Assembly: GCA_964570855.1 (NCBI GenBank)
Contig: CAZMZR010000003.1
Coordinates: 4,684 to 68,683, forward strand
Length of the DNA: 64,000 bases
Reading direction: 5' to 3'
Source: an uncultured Pirellulales bacterium
Lineage (GTDB): Bacteria; Planctomycetota; Phycisphaerae; Sedimentisphaerales; Anaerobacaceae
Under the pieces are notes generated by a model. It saw only the letters and a list, made by a program, of their open reading frames with translations. It was not told where the DNA came from and did no database searches. Of the stretch, positions 45,061-55,135 are shown in pieces. Numbering within the stretch: position 1 is the stretch's first letter; the number at the start of each line of letters is the position of its first letter. The position numbers and the translations under genes were made by a program.

Positions 45061-45885
45061 TTAACTTCTTACAAGTTCAAATATTCCCTTACACATTTTC
45101 AGTAATGTTTCGAGCCATTCTATAGGCATAATACAGGCGGCATCGGATTTTGCTTTTTCCGGTTGGGTATGAACCTCGACAAAAAGACCATTTGCACCGG
45201 CGGCAATAGCCGCTTTGGCGAGTATCGGAGCTGTTTCTCTTCTGCCTGCGCTGGCATTACCGAGCCCGCCCGGCTGCTGGGTACTATGGGTTGCATCAAA
45301 AACAACCGGACAGCCCAACTGCTGCATCGCCTCAATAGCGGTCATATCGTTGACCAGCCGGTTATAGCCGAAAAATGTGCCCCTTTCGGTAAGCAATATT
45401 TTTTTGTTGTTACAGGCATGAATCTTATCAACTACATTTTTCATCTCGCCGGGTGAGAGAAACTGGCCCTTTTTAACATTGACAGGCTTTCCCGTTTCGG
45501 CACAGGCACACAGCAAATCAGTTTGTCTACACAAAAAAGCGGGCACCTGCAAACAATCAACAACCGCTCCGGCTATTTCGGCTTGTGCCGGTTCGTGGAT
45601 GTCAGTCATTACCGGCAGATTGGTTTCTCGTCGAACTTGCGTTAGAATCTCCAGTCCTTTTTCGAGACCCGGTCCACGAAAGCCGGATATACTGGAGCGA
45701 TTGGCTTTGTCAAAACTGGCTTTGAAAATCATTCCGACGCCGGTTTTTTGGCTAATGTTCACAAGTCTGCCGGCTATATCCAGGCAAAGGTCTTTACTTT
45801 CAATAACGCAGGGACCGGCCATTACAAATAAAGAAGCATTCAAACCAATTTCAACGTCACCAATTGTGAAATTTCTTTGATCCAT
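45061..45885 (-). CDS. kdsA: 3-deoxy-8-phosphooctulonate synthase
   Basis: FKASFDKANRSS, VFDATHS and other KdsA blocks. Confidence 0.9.
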   Translation of the reverse strand: MDQRNFTIGDVEIGLNASLFVMAGPCVIESKDLCLDIAGRLVNISQKTGVGMIFKASFDKANRSSISGFRGPGLEKGLEILTQVRRETNLPVMTDIHEPAQAEIAGAVVDCLQVPAFLCRQTDLLCACAETGKPVNVKKGQFLSPGEMKNVVDKIHACNNKKILLTERGTFFGYNRLVNDMTAIEAMQQLGCPVVFDATHSTQQPGGLGNASAGRRETAPILAKAAIAAGANGLFVEVHTQPEKAKSDAACIMPIEWLETLLKMCKGIFELVRS

Positions 45886-45913
45886 ATAGTAAGTCCTACT
45901 TTAAGTTCAATGA

Positions 45914-46858
45914 TTATCCAATCGCTCTGATAATTCTTGTTCTAATGCCCGCCGGTTTGGCACCTTCAGGTACGACACAATTAACTGCATGAGGTATAAC
46001 ATTTATTTGGACCGGCAGGAATGGGCCGGGATCACCGTCAATTTCAGTTCGTATGAGTTTAACCTCAGAACTAATTGTAATATTTTTGCCCTGACGATAA
46101 ATAACATCCCGGCGGTTGGCGTGGTGTTTCAATATTGTCATGATCGAATGTTTAACCAGATGGAGTCGTGATGCACATTTGTAGATACATATATCCAACA
46201 GGCCGTCGCCGTAATCGGCATAATGCAAAATTTGCAGACCCACCGCGTATCTTGAAATGTTTCCTATAAAAACAAGCCCCGGACCGTCATAAATTTCTTC
46301 CCCGTCAACCTGAACTTTCATCGGGGCAAACCTATAGCCCCAGAATGTTCGCCAAATCGGCCAGAAGTAATCAAAGTGATTAATATGCCCGTCCCGCTGT
46401 TCGCTGACCCGCTTTACCACCTCGCCATCAAATCCGAAGCCGGCCACAGAGGTAAAGCATTTTCCATTTACACTTCCGAGATCCAGAGGCCGAATGTATC
46501 CGGCTTCAAATATTTTGATCATAGTTTTTAATTTTTCGTCGAAGCCCAATTCATTAGCCAACAGATTCTCCGTTCCGGAGGGCATTATCAATAACGGTTT
46601 GTCACTGCCTTCCAGGCCGTGTGCCACTTCTCTGACGGTACCGTCACCACCGGCTGCTATTACTAATGCGCAGTTGTAATCAACTGCTGCATCGGTAGCC
46701 AGTTCACATGCATGCGCCAGTGATCTGGTAAGGCTGCACCTTACTTCATACCCCCTTTTAACGAGGTATTTCTCAAATCGGTGCCCCATCATTTTAGTAC
46801 AGGTGGCACCGGATTTGGGATTTACTATATATGCAATGTAACCATCATCAGGCTTCAT
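45914..46858 (-). CDS. diacylglycerol/lipid kinase family protein (YegS/BmrU-like)
   Basis: AAGGDGTVREV catalytic-domain motif. About 310 aa. Confidence 0.8.
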   Translation of the reverse strand: MKPDDGYIAYIVNPKSGATCTKMMGHRFEKYLVKRGYEVRCSLTRSLAHACELATDAAVDYNCALVIAAGGDGTVREVAHGLEGSDKPLLIMPSGTENLLANELGFDEKLKTMIKIFEAGYIRPLDLGSVNGKCFTSVAGFGFDGEVVKRVSEQRDGHINHFDYFWPIWRTFWGYRFAPMKVQVDGEEIYDGPGLVFIGNISRYAVGLQILHYADYGDGLLDICIYKCASRLHLVKHSIMTILKHHANRRDVIYRQGKNITISSEVKLIRTEIDGDPGPFLPVQINVIPHAVNCVVPEGAKPAGIRTRIIRAIG

Positions 46859-46896
46859 ATAAGTACAAAAGTGTACATGTCATAAGTCCATATGGA

Positions 46897-47448
46897 TTAT
46901 ATTCCTGTTTTTTCCTTCTTAATTCGAAGAAGCTGCTCGGTAATCATGGAAGCATAACTCTTTGGGATATGTGGCAGAGCTTCCAGTCCCAGGTTTTTTT
47001 GAACATGGATTATTTTTTCGTCGTCCGGCCCTTCTATTTCCACAAAATCTCCAAGCACTTCCAACCTGTCCAAAGCAACTTCGCACCCACCAAGCCGCCA
47101 TAGACGGCGCTTTTTCTCAACTGTTAACTTTCCTTCGTATCCCAACGCCGAGAGAAGCTTTTGTGTCGATTCTGAGTCATCAACTTCTATTTCTATTTCC
47201 TGTCTCTTTTTGAAATTGCTTTTCTCTTTGGCGCCTTTATATGTCAAAATAAACTTCGTTTTCTCTCCAACAACCTGCCGGCGTAAACGAAGGCATCGGT
47301 CAGTATTGCTTAAGTTCCCGCTGGAATCATCAAAATGAATATCCATCTGCAATTGCTCAGCTACAAATTCGGCACCAAGCTGATGCAGCTTATCTTCAAT
47401 CTCTTGTAACGAATCAACTTTTAGTTTTGCTTCTATTTCAGTAAACAT
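46897..47448 (-). CDS. CYTH-domain protein (class IV adenylate cyclase / triphosphate tunnel metalloenzyme)
   Basis: N-terminal EIEAK (ExExK signature). Length and alternating basic/acidic strands are typical of CyaB/CYTH. Confidence 0.75.
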   Translation of the reverse strand: MFTEIEAKLKVDSLQEIEDKLHQLGAEFVAEQLQMDIHFDDSSGNLSNTDRCLRLRRQVVGEKTKFILTYKGAKEKSNFKKRQEIEIEVDDSESTQKLLSALGYEGKLTVEKKRRLWRLGGCEVALDRLEVLGDFVEIEGPDDEKIIHVQKNLGLEALPHIPKSYASMITEQLLRIKKEKTGI

Positions 47449-47471
47449 CTATCTGTTTTCTATCTACCTTC

Positions 47472-48848
47472 TCAATTTTCTTTATTGAGTTTCCGGACGG
47501 CATCAATAAAACCAACCGGATTAACAACCGCCCCTGCGTCCGTCTGGACGGCGGTTTTAAGCCACAGATCAACAATCGTCTTGGGATCGATATCCGGCTT
47601 AACCTGGTAAGCCAAGGCCGCCAACCCCGCCATGTAAGGAGCCGCACAGCTCATTCCCCCTTCCGTATCGTAAGTATAAATTTCCGGGCCGTGATGACTT
47701 GCAGTTGCCTTATTACTTGCAGGTACTAAAAGAACATCGTTTGGTGTACTATATTTTCCCCGTTTATAACTTGATGGATTATCAGGATCCGTTCCCGAAA
47801 TAAGTTTAAGTGTACCATATCTAAGCCATTGCCCGCTGCATGTCACAACCAGGATTCCGTTTTGTTCTGCCTTTATTAAAGTTTCCTTCCAAAGTTCATA
47901 ATTCTTCTGTTGTAAAAATGTACCTGTAGATATACTGACAACCACTATCTTCTCTGAAGCACCGGCTTCTTTGTTCATCTTTATTATTTTATCAATAATA
48001 TTACAATATATCTTATTATCCGGCATTGCAGTCATACGCATTGCAAAATAGTAAAGCGAAGCTTTGGGAGCTACTCCGCAATTTTTACCAACTGCAATAC
48101 TGGCAAGAGGAGCGCCGTGAATTGCAGGCGACTTATCTAATAAATGCATCTCTTCATATAATACTAATTGGTTTTTATACTCTATGTGGTCCTTTAATAA
48201 AGGCTGATCAAGTATTGCAATACCGATTCCCCTGCCATCAATTCCCTGTTTATGCAAACTGCGAATGCCAAGCCCCGGATTCTTGCCTTCATCAAGGATA
48301 CGAGCCGGATTGAAACCATCAGGCAGCTTGTCAGAATCTGGCCATTTGGTACTGCTGTCAAAGGGCATTTCCGCTAACAGTTCTGCATAATTTCTCAAAT
48401 CAAGTTTCTCCAACGATACACCGGCAAATCCCCAGAAGGGATCGAACTTATCAAGGTCCCCTTCGTTCCGAAGGACGATCTGTCGTTCCTGGCCGATATC
48501 GATCCCCTTACGTCCGGCGTTTATCCAAAGCAGGGTAAATGGTGTTGAGAATTCCCTCATTCTGCCAAATCTGGCGCTTATTCCGGGATAGCTGATATCG
48601 AGGATTTCCATGCCGCCATCGTTCTTCTTCGTTTCCTTCGAGGCAGTTCCGAGTAGTGCCTTGAGTTCCTCCGGTGTTGAAAGTTTATAGGCCAGCTTGC
48701 CTTCCGTCGCTGCATGGCGAACAATCTCTGCCAGGCTCGATTTTGTTTCGGTTTCTGCAAAGACGGCTATCTCCAGTAGTGACAACAAAAGTCCAAACGC
48801 GAATATTGTCACCAATGGTCTTCGTTTGAATGTGCTCATACCAAACAC
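47472..48848 (-). CDS. secreted S8-like serine peptidase
   Basis: Signal peptide. Putative triad IAILDQ (D), AIHGAP (H), GGMSCAAPYMAG (S). Confidence 0.65.
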   Translation of the reverse strand: MFGMSTFKRRPLVTIFAFGLLLSLLEIAVFAETETKSSLAEIVRHAATEGKLAYKLSTPEELKALLGTASKETKKNDGGMEILDISYPGISARFGRMREFSTPFTLLWINAGRKGIDIGQERQIVLRNEGDLDKFDPFWGFAGVSLEKLDLRNYAELLAEMPFDSSTKWPDSDKLPDGFNPARILDEGKNPGLGIRSLHKQGIDGRGIGIAILDQPLLKDHIEYKNQLVLYEEMHLLDKSPAIHGAPLASIAVGKNCGVAPKASLYYFAMRMTAMPDNKIYCNIIDKIIKMNKEAGASEKIVVVSISTGTFLQQKNYELWKETLIKAEQNGILVVTCSGQWLRYGTLKLISGTDPDNPSSYKRGKYSTPNDVLLVPASNKATASHHGPEIYTYDTEGGMSCAAPYMAGLAALAYQVKPDIDPKTIVDLWLKTAVQTDAGAVVNPVGFIDAVRKLNKEN

Positions 48849-48860
48849 GTCCTTTCCGAT

Positions 48861-51416
48861 TTACATGACGATGTTCACCAATCGGGACTTGATGACGATG
48901 ATTTTTTTCGGCTCTTTGCCTGCCATAGCGGCGATTACTTTGTCACAACTCAGGGCTTTTTGTTTTATCTGCTCCTCGTTAGCATCGGCAGGCACGACTA
49001 TTTTATCCTTTATTTTGCCGTTGACCTGAATGGCCAGTTCAATTTCTTTTTCTTTAATAAGCTGCTTATCGTATTCAGGCCAATTCTCATAAGCCAGGCT
49101 TTCTGCATGGCCGAGCTTTGCCCATAGTTCCTCTGAAATATGAGGAGAGAACGGAGAAAGAATCAGAACAAGTTTTTCTACCGCTGTCTTAGGCATAACC
49201 GCGAGTTTATTCAGATGATTGACGAAAATCATCATGGCACTGATCGCCGTATTGAAACCGAAACCCTCAATATCGTCCCCGACTTTCTTTATTGTCTGGT
49301 TCAGTAATCTAAGTGTCGCCTCATCAGCCTGGACATCCCTTACGGCGCTGTCGATTTCGCCGGTGTCCTTTTCAACAACGGCCCGCCAGAGTTTCTGCAG
49401 AAACCGATGCACACCCTCGACTCCCTGCATGCTCCAGGGCTTGATGGCCTCCAATGGCCCCATGAACATTTCATAAAGCCGCATCGAATCGGCTCCGTAA
49501 TCGGTGATGACTTTATCGGGATTGACCACGTTGCCACGGGACTTACTCATCTTCTGGCCATCCTCACCCAAAATCATTCCCTGATTGACAAGCTTCCTGA
49601 ACGGTTCCTTGGTGGTGACATACCCTAAATCATAGAGGAATTTATGCCAGAACCGAGAGTACAGCAGATGCAGCACAGCATGTTCGGCACCGCCAATATA
49701 TAAATCGACCGGCATCCAGTATTTCTCCTTATCAGGGTCCCAGCCCTGTTTGCTATTGTCCGGGTCGAGATAACGCAGATAATACCAGCAACTGCCCGCC
49801 CACTGCGGCATCGTATTTGTCTCGCGTTTTGCCTTAGAACCGTCAGGTAAAGTGATATTAATCCAATCGGTGGCATTTGCCAAAGGCGGCTCGCCTGTAC
49901 CGGCCGGTTTGTAATTCTTGACCACCGGCAATTTCAAAGGCAAATCTTCCTCCGAAAGCCCGATGATCCGGCCATCTTCGGTATGAACTATCGGAAACGG
50001 CTCACCCCAATAGCGCTGCCTGCTGAAAAGCCAGTCCCGCAGCTTATAGTTGATGGCTTTTGTTCCCTGTCCTCTCTGCTGTAGCCAGTCCGTTATCTTC
50101 TCCTTGAATTCCAATGTGCTTAGTCCGTCGAACCGTCCGCTGTTTATCGCCCTGCCGTCACCGATAAAACACAGCTTGCCTTCTCTGACTAATTCGGATT
50201 GTTCACTATCTTCCGGATCAACTACCGGGATAATCGACAGATTGAATTTCGTTGCGAACTCGAAGTCACGCTCATCGTGGGCGGGCACGGCCATAATAGC
50301 ACCGGTCCCGTAGCTAATCAAAACATAGTCGCTTATCCAGATCGGAATCTTTTCGCCGTTGACCGGATTGATTGCATAAGCGCCGATAAATTCACCGGTT
50401 TTGTCTTTGGCCAAATCAGTACGATCCAAATCGCTCTTGCGGGCCGCTTCTTCGCGGTATTTTTGAACGGCTTGTTTTTTGTCCTCAGCCGTAAGTATAT
50501 CCACGAGCGGATGCTCAGGTGCCATCACCATATATGTGGCGCCGAACAACGTATCGGGCCGGGTAGTAAAAACGCGAATATTTTCATCGAAACCATCGAC
50601 CTTGAAATCCACATCAGCCCCGATACTTTTACCTATCCAGTCAACCTGCAGTTTCTTGATGGATGCCGGCCAGTCAACTTCAACCAAATCATCGAGCATC
50701 CTTTCAGCGTATTTCGTGATTCTTAGCATCCACTGCCGCATCGGTTTTCTTACTACCGGATACCCGCCCCGCTCACTCAGCCCCCCAACGACTTCTTCAT
50801 TCGCTAAAACCGTCCCCAACGCCGGGCACCAGTTGACCGGCACCTCAGCCTCATAGGCAAGACGATTGTCATCGACGAATTTCTGCCTATCCTGTTCGCT
50901 CAAGCCCTCGGGTATTGGTAAATCTTCAATCGGTTTGGCTTTTTGTTCATTTTCGTCGAAATAGCTGTTGAAGAATTTCAGAAATATCCATTGTGTCCAC
51001 CTGTAATAATTCGGATCAGTGGTATTGACTTCCCGGTCCCAATCGTAACTAAAACCAAGCGATTTGATTTGCCTGCGGATATTATCCACGTTCTTCTGTG
51101 TCGTCTCTTCGGGAGCGGTCCCCGTCTGTACGGCGTATTGCTCTGCAGGCAAGCCGAAGGCATCCCAGCCCATCGGGTGCAGGACATTAAAACCTTTCAT
51201 TCGTTTATAGCGAGCGACAATATCGCTTGCGGTATAGCCCTCTGGATGGCCGACATGCAGTCCCTGACCGCTGGGATAGGGAAACATATCCAGAACATAA
51301 TACTTTGGTTTTGTATCATAGCAATCGAGAGCTTTAAACGTCCCGGACTGTTCCCAAAACCGTTGCCATTTCTTCTCAATTTCGTTAAATTTATATATTA
51401 CCGTCATCGAACGCAT
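48861..51416 (-). CDS. leuS: leucine--tRNA ligase
   Basis: [15 protein letters not shown] (HIGH), QKMSKSRGN (KMSKS), CP1 editing domain. Confidence 0.95.
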   Translation of the reverse strand: MRSMTVIYKFNEIEKKWQRFWEQSGTFKALDCYDTKPKYYVLDMFPYPSGQGLHVGHPEGYTASDIVARYKRMKGFNVLHPMGWDAFGLPAEQYAVQTGTAPEETTQKNVDNIRRQIKSLGFSYDWDREVNTTDPNYYRWTQWIFLKFFNSYFDENEQKAKPIEDLPIPEGLSEQDRQKFVDDNRLAYEAEVPVNWCPALGTVLANEEVVGGLSERGGYPVVRKPMRQWMLRITKYAERMLDDLVEVDWPASIKKLQVDWIGKSIGADVDFKVDGFDENIRVFTTRPDTLFGATYMVMAPEHPLVDILTAEDKKQAVQKYREEAARKSDLDRTDLAKDKTGEFIGAYAINPVNGEKIPIWISDYVLISYGTGAIMAVPAHDERDFEFATKFNLSIIPVVDPEDSEQSELVREGKLCFIGDGRAINSGRFDGLSTLEFKEKITDWLQQRGQGTKAINYKLRDWLFSRQRYWGEPFPIVHTEDGRIIGLSEEDLPLKLPVVKNYKPAGTGEPPLANATDWINITLPDGSKAKRETNTMPQWAGSCWYYLRYLDPDNSKQGWDPDKEKYWMPVDLYIGGAEHAVLHLLYSRFWHKFLYDLGYVTTKEPFRKLVNQGMILGEDGQKMSKSRGNVVNPDKVITDYGADSMRLYEMFMGPLEAIKPWSMQGVEGVHRFLQKLWRAVVEKDTGEIDSAVRDVQADEATLRLLNQTIKKVGDDIEGFGFNTAISAMMIFVNHLNKLAVMPKTAVEKLVLILSPFSPHISEELWAKLGHAESLAYENWPEYDKQLIKEKEIELAIQVNGKIKDKIVVPADANEEQIKQKALSCDKVIAAMAGKEPKKIIVIKSRLVNIVM

Positions 51417-51638
51417 TTATCCTTTCAACTTTTAATCAATGTTAAAGTTGGTCTTTTGTCATTACACAATAAACCAAAAATCCGGAAAAATCCATAAAAA
51501 TCGAATCCCCTCCCATATACAAGTTGAAGAACTGCAATTTGAGTAATGAACAGAATATTACCCTATTATATCAAAAAGGATAAATAGAAATGAAAATAGT
51601 ATGATTGGAAAATTACTATTACCTGCGAAATTGATGAA

Positions 51639-53240
51639 TTAACGCTCCCACATTCCGTCGGGTCGTACATAGAGCACGCCGGTATCCCGGTAGAAATTCA
51701 GACTTGCAATAGTGAAATCCACCAAAGCTTCTGTAGCAGCGTTCTGAGCATCAATCAGGTTATTTTGAGCATTGAGCACCCGGCGACTACTCGCTCGGCC
51801 GTATTCGAGCAGCGTAAGGGTGTTATTATAACGTTGACTGGCCAATTCATTAGCTTCGGTCTGTACCTTATAACGATTCGCCGCTTCGGTAAGGTCACGA
51901 TAAGCGTTGCGAACTTCCAGTTGAACTATGTCTGTGGCCAGTTCATATTCCCGTTCCCGCCGGTTTAGCGTTATCAAAGCTTTTCGATAAACACTCTGTT
52001 CAGGCACGCGATCCAACGGCAGGTCAAGCTCCAACCCAAGACTATAATCTTTACTGTTCCAATCCAAACTCTGGCGATCAGCTTGTTTCGATGATGCGGC
52101 ACCGGCAGAACCGGTTAAATTTAATTCCGCTCGAAGACTGTCGGCGGCAACATAAACTTTACGTCGGGCATCGACGATAGCATCAGCAGTGTTGACCAGA
52201 TCCAACCGCCTGAGTAATGCCGTTTCAACAGCTTCGTCATCGGAGAAATCCGGTATGGCCATTTTTAATTTTCTTAAAGAACCGAGGATATTCGTATCTA
52301 ACTTTAACTGAGCTGTGGTTGGTAAACTCAATGTTATCTTAATTTCATCGAGGGCTTGTTTATATTGCTTTTCAGCCTGAAGATAAGTGTCGAAAGCTCC
52401 AAGCTTTTCCTGGCGGACTCTTTCCAGCTCCAACTGAGGGACACGACCGGCATTAGCTAATTTATCGACCTTCTCAACGAGCAAATCCATAGTTTCACAA
52501 TTTCGCCGGGCGTTTTCCATTGCATCCCACAGTTGCAAAACACTGTAATACTGACTAATCACCGAAACAACAAACCTCTGGCGAAAACGATTAAAAGACC
52601 GTACCTGATACAATGTGTCACGTTCGGCCTGTGTGAGATTCTCCAGGACAACTTCACGTTCGCTGCCGCGAAGTAAAGGCTGCGTAATTGCAGCACTTAA
52701 AATTGAAGTCAATCCACCACGCATATTACCGGTGAGTACATCAGCCCATGCAAGGGCAACTTTTGTACTGATAGCGGTCCCCCGGGCCAGCAATTGGTTA
52801 AAACCGAAATTCGCTTCAATCCCTACCACTTCATCATTACGGTCCGCCGTGTATCCGCTGGTCACTACACCAAAATACTGTCGCTCGAACTGATGACGAG
52901 TCAGTCTAAGATCCAGGGCTTTAATGTAGAGATCTTCCTTCTGTGCCTGATATTCACGATTGTAAGCAGTCGCCAAAGCCACCGCCTGCGGCAGGGTAAG
53001 AACACCGGAATCAGGAATTGTTTTTGTGACTTGAATATCGCCGATTGACGGTTTGGTATCACTTACTTTGTAGTTTACTCTGGCACCAAAATCATCCCGC
53101 CATTTTTGGTCGATAATTTTATAGACTTGTTCGTCGGCTTGCTCTTTATAGTTGTGCTGCGCACATCCGGTCAAACCGCATAAAACCGCCGAGCCGAATA
53201 TAATCAAACCGACGAGTTCTCTGGTATAATGCCTGCACAT
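51639..53240 (-). CDS. TolC-family outer-membrane efflux lipoprotein
   Basis: Lipobox LTGC at the end of the signal peptide. Two repeats of the long helical/beta OEP architecture. 13 nt after the HlyD-like gene. Confidence 0.8.
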   Translation of the reverse strand: MCRHYTRELVGLIIFGSAVLCGLTGCAQHNYKEQADEQVYKIIDQKWRDDFGARVNYKVSDTKPSIGDIQVTKTIPDSGVLTLPQAVALATAYNREYQAQKEDLYIKALDLRLTRHQFERQYFGVVTSGYTADRNDEVVGIEANFGFNQLLARGTAISTKVALAWADVLTGNMRGGLTSILSAAITQPLLRGSEREVVLENLTQAERDTLYQVRSFNRFRQRFVVSVISQYYSVLQLWDAMENARRNCETMDLLVEKVDKLANAGRVPQLELERVRQEKLGAFDTYLQAEKQYKQALDEIKITLSLPTTAQLKLDTNILGSLRKLKMAIPDFSDDEAVETALLRRLDLVNTADAIVDARRKVYVAADSLRAELNLTGSAGAASSKQADRQSLDWNSKDYSLGLELDLPLDRVPEQSVYRKALITLNRREREYELATDIVQLEVRNAYRDLTEAANRYKVQTEANELASQRYNNTLTLLEYGRASSRRVLNAQNNLIDAQNAATEALVDFTIASLNFYRDTGVLYVRPDGMWER

Positions 53241-53253
53241 GATCTATCTTCAA

Positions 53254-54423
53254 CTATAGCCTTCGTATTCCGACCGTCTCACCTGTAACCAGCCCCATTT
53301 CAGGCGGAGCTTTGATCAGAAACGGCCGACCCCATTGAGGAAAATTCGGATTTCGCCAGAACCTTACCGGCAACTGTTCCACGATTGGTCCAACATACGT
53401 TATATACGAACGCGCAATCCTTGCCGGCTCACTGCTCTTTATAATCTCAACCTCCATCCCCATGCTAATCCGGCTCACCTGTTCTTCATTTGCATAGGCT
53501 ATAATTTCGGTAGGTCTGTCTTCAGTTATCATCAGAATCGGTTCACCTGCTAAAACGGCTTCCGAAGTTCCGTGCATGATTTGACTGACAACTCCGTCAA
53601 ACGGCGCCTTTAATTCCACAGCCTCCCGCAGGTCCAATACCTCAATCTGCTGTAATACTTCGTCCATCCGACGCTCCTGGACCTTTATAGCCTTACGGAT
53701 TACACCCAGAGTACCTTCGACCGAGGGATGATACGGCTGGAACTTGACATATTCGTCACGTCGATGTTGAGCTTGTTCTAACGCAGAATTCGCCTGCGCC
53801 AATAGAATCTCGTTTTCTTTTATTTTCGTTGAAAGAGCGTCGTATTGAGTCTGTGTTTTCTGAAGCTCATAAGGCGCAACAGCCTGTTGGCTGACAAGTT
53901 CCTCCGATATTTTCACTTCCAAAGCCAGGTCATTCAAAGTGATTCGGTCAGTTTCAATCAGCGCTCTCAACCTGAGAACATCAAGCCTTGCATTCTCGAC
54001 ATCGACCGAGAATCTTCTGCTGTCAATAATACGGTTTGTTTCCCGCTGGGTTTTATCTACGGTGAGGTTGTCCTCGGTAGGAACTAATTGCGCGGTGAGA
54101 TGCTCAATCTCTGCTAAAACAGTAGCAAGCTGCGCCTGTAATTGGCTTCGCGGCTGCTCATTATCGAGCATGGTATTGACCACCGCTACTGTTTGTCCCT
54201 GTTTTACATTATCAAACAATCGGACAGGAACACTAACAAGGCGTGCCGGGCAATTTGTTGCGATTTGTTGTCCCTGACCCTGTGCTATTCCAATGACTTC
54301 GAATCGTTGCGAACGACGCGAAAAAAGCCCCACAACACACAGCACAGCACCCAACCAAACCACGACCGGAAGTATGTGATGGCGCATACGAAACGGATAA
54401 CTTTTAAGATCTACCCTTTTCAT
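53254..54423 (-). CDS. HlyD-family periplasmic adaptor (membrane fusion protein)
   Basis: N-terminal TM anchor (ILPVVVWLGAVLCVVGLF). Lipoyl-like halves flank a long coiled coil. C-terminal beta-barrel region. Confidence 0.8.
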   Translation of the reverse strand: MKRVDLKSYPFRMRHHILPVVVWLGAVLCVVGLFSRRSQRFEVIGIAQGQGQQIATNCPARLVSVPVRLFDNVKQGQTVAVVNTMLDNEQPRSQLQAQLATVLAEIEHLTAQLVPTEDNLTVDKTQRETNRIIDSRRFSVDVENARLDVLRLRALIETDRITLNDLALEVKISEELVSQQAVAPYELQKTQTQYDALSTKIKENEILLAQANSALEQAQHRRDEYVKFQPYHPSVEGTLGVIRKAIKVQERRMDEVLQQIEVLDLREAVELKAPFDGVVSQIMHGTSEAVLAGEPILMITEDRPTEIIAYANEEQVSRISMGMEVEIIKSSEPARIARSYITYVGPIVEQLPVRFWRNPNFPQWGRPFLIKAPPEMGLVTGETVGIRRL

Positions 54424-54430
54424 ACGCTAC

Positions 54431-55129
54431 TTAAACCTCCAGCAACTGTTCCTGCATCATCAGGCTGATATTTTCGAGTCCCTCAACCTTTTGCAGTTCC
54501 GAGAGCAACTGCTGATTCTTCGTTGCATCTCGAATCATCAATTGATAGGCATACTCAACATCGTTCGTTCCATAACCGGTGCCCTGTGCCGATATGAGTG
54601 TAAAACTTCCACAGAAACGCCTGAGAATAGTAGGAATCGGGCTCTCAGGACCGATATGGGCTTTGGAGACAAAACGCAGAAAACCGTTATGCGGCTGATG
54701 TGTTCCGAAGCCAACCAGATACAGATATAATATTATTAAACTCAGAATAACAGTTCCAACAACGGCAACTGCGTACCGCTGAGAACCTGATGCCATACCA
54801 ATGACAAGCGAACAAAAAATGAAGGCTATGTCTCTCGTATCTTTAATAATATTGCGGAAACGTATAATCGCCAGAGCGCCCATCAATCCAACAGCCGTGA
54901 TGATACTTGTACCGATAACAGCCATGACCATTGCTACCACAACGGTTATTACAATCAATGACTGTACAAAAGACCTCGAATAGGACAGGCCGCTATGTGT
55001 GAAGTAATAGACCCAGGCCAGTACCTGACCGAGAACAAATGCCAGCAACAGTGACAAAAGAACCGCTTCAGGTGTAAAAAGTCCTCCGGCTGAAGGAGTA
55101 CCTTCTAATATTTCCCAAATCCTATCCAT
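54431..55129 (-). CDS. DUF4956-type multi-pass membrane protein
   Basis: Four or five TM segments with the conserved core GLMGALAIIRFRNIIKDTRDIAFIF. Soluble C-terminal part of about 90 aa. Confidence 0.7.
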   Translation of the reverse strand: MDRIWEILEGTPSAGGLFTPEAVLLSLLLAFVLGQVLAWVYYFTHSGLSYSRSFVQSLIVITVVVAMVMAVIGTSIITAVGLMGALAIIRFRNIIKDTRDIAFIFCSLVIGMASGSQRYAVAVVGTVILSLIILYLYLVGFGTHQPHNGFLRFVSKAHIGPESPIPTILRRFCGSFTLISAQGTGYGTNDVEYAYQLMIRDATKNQQLLSELQKVEGLENISLMMQEQLLEV

Positions 55130-55135
55130 GATTTA

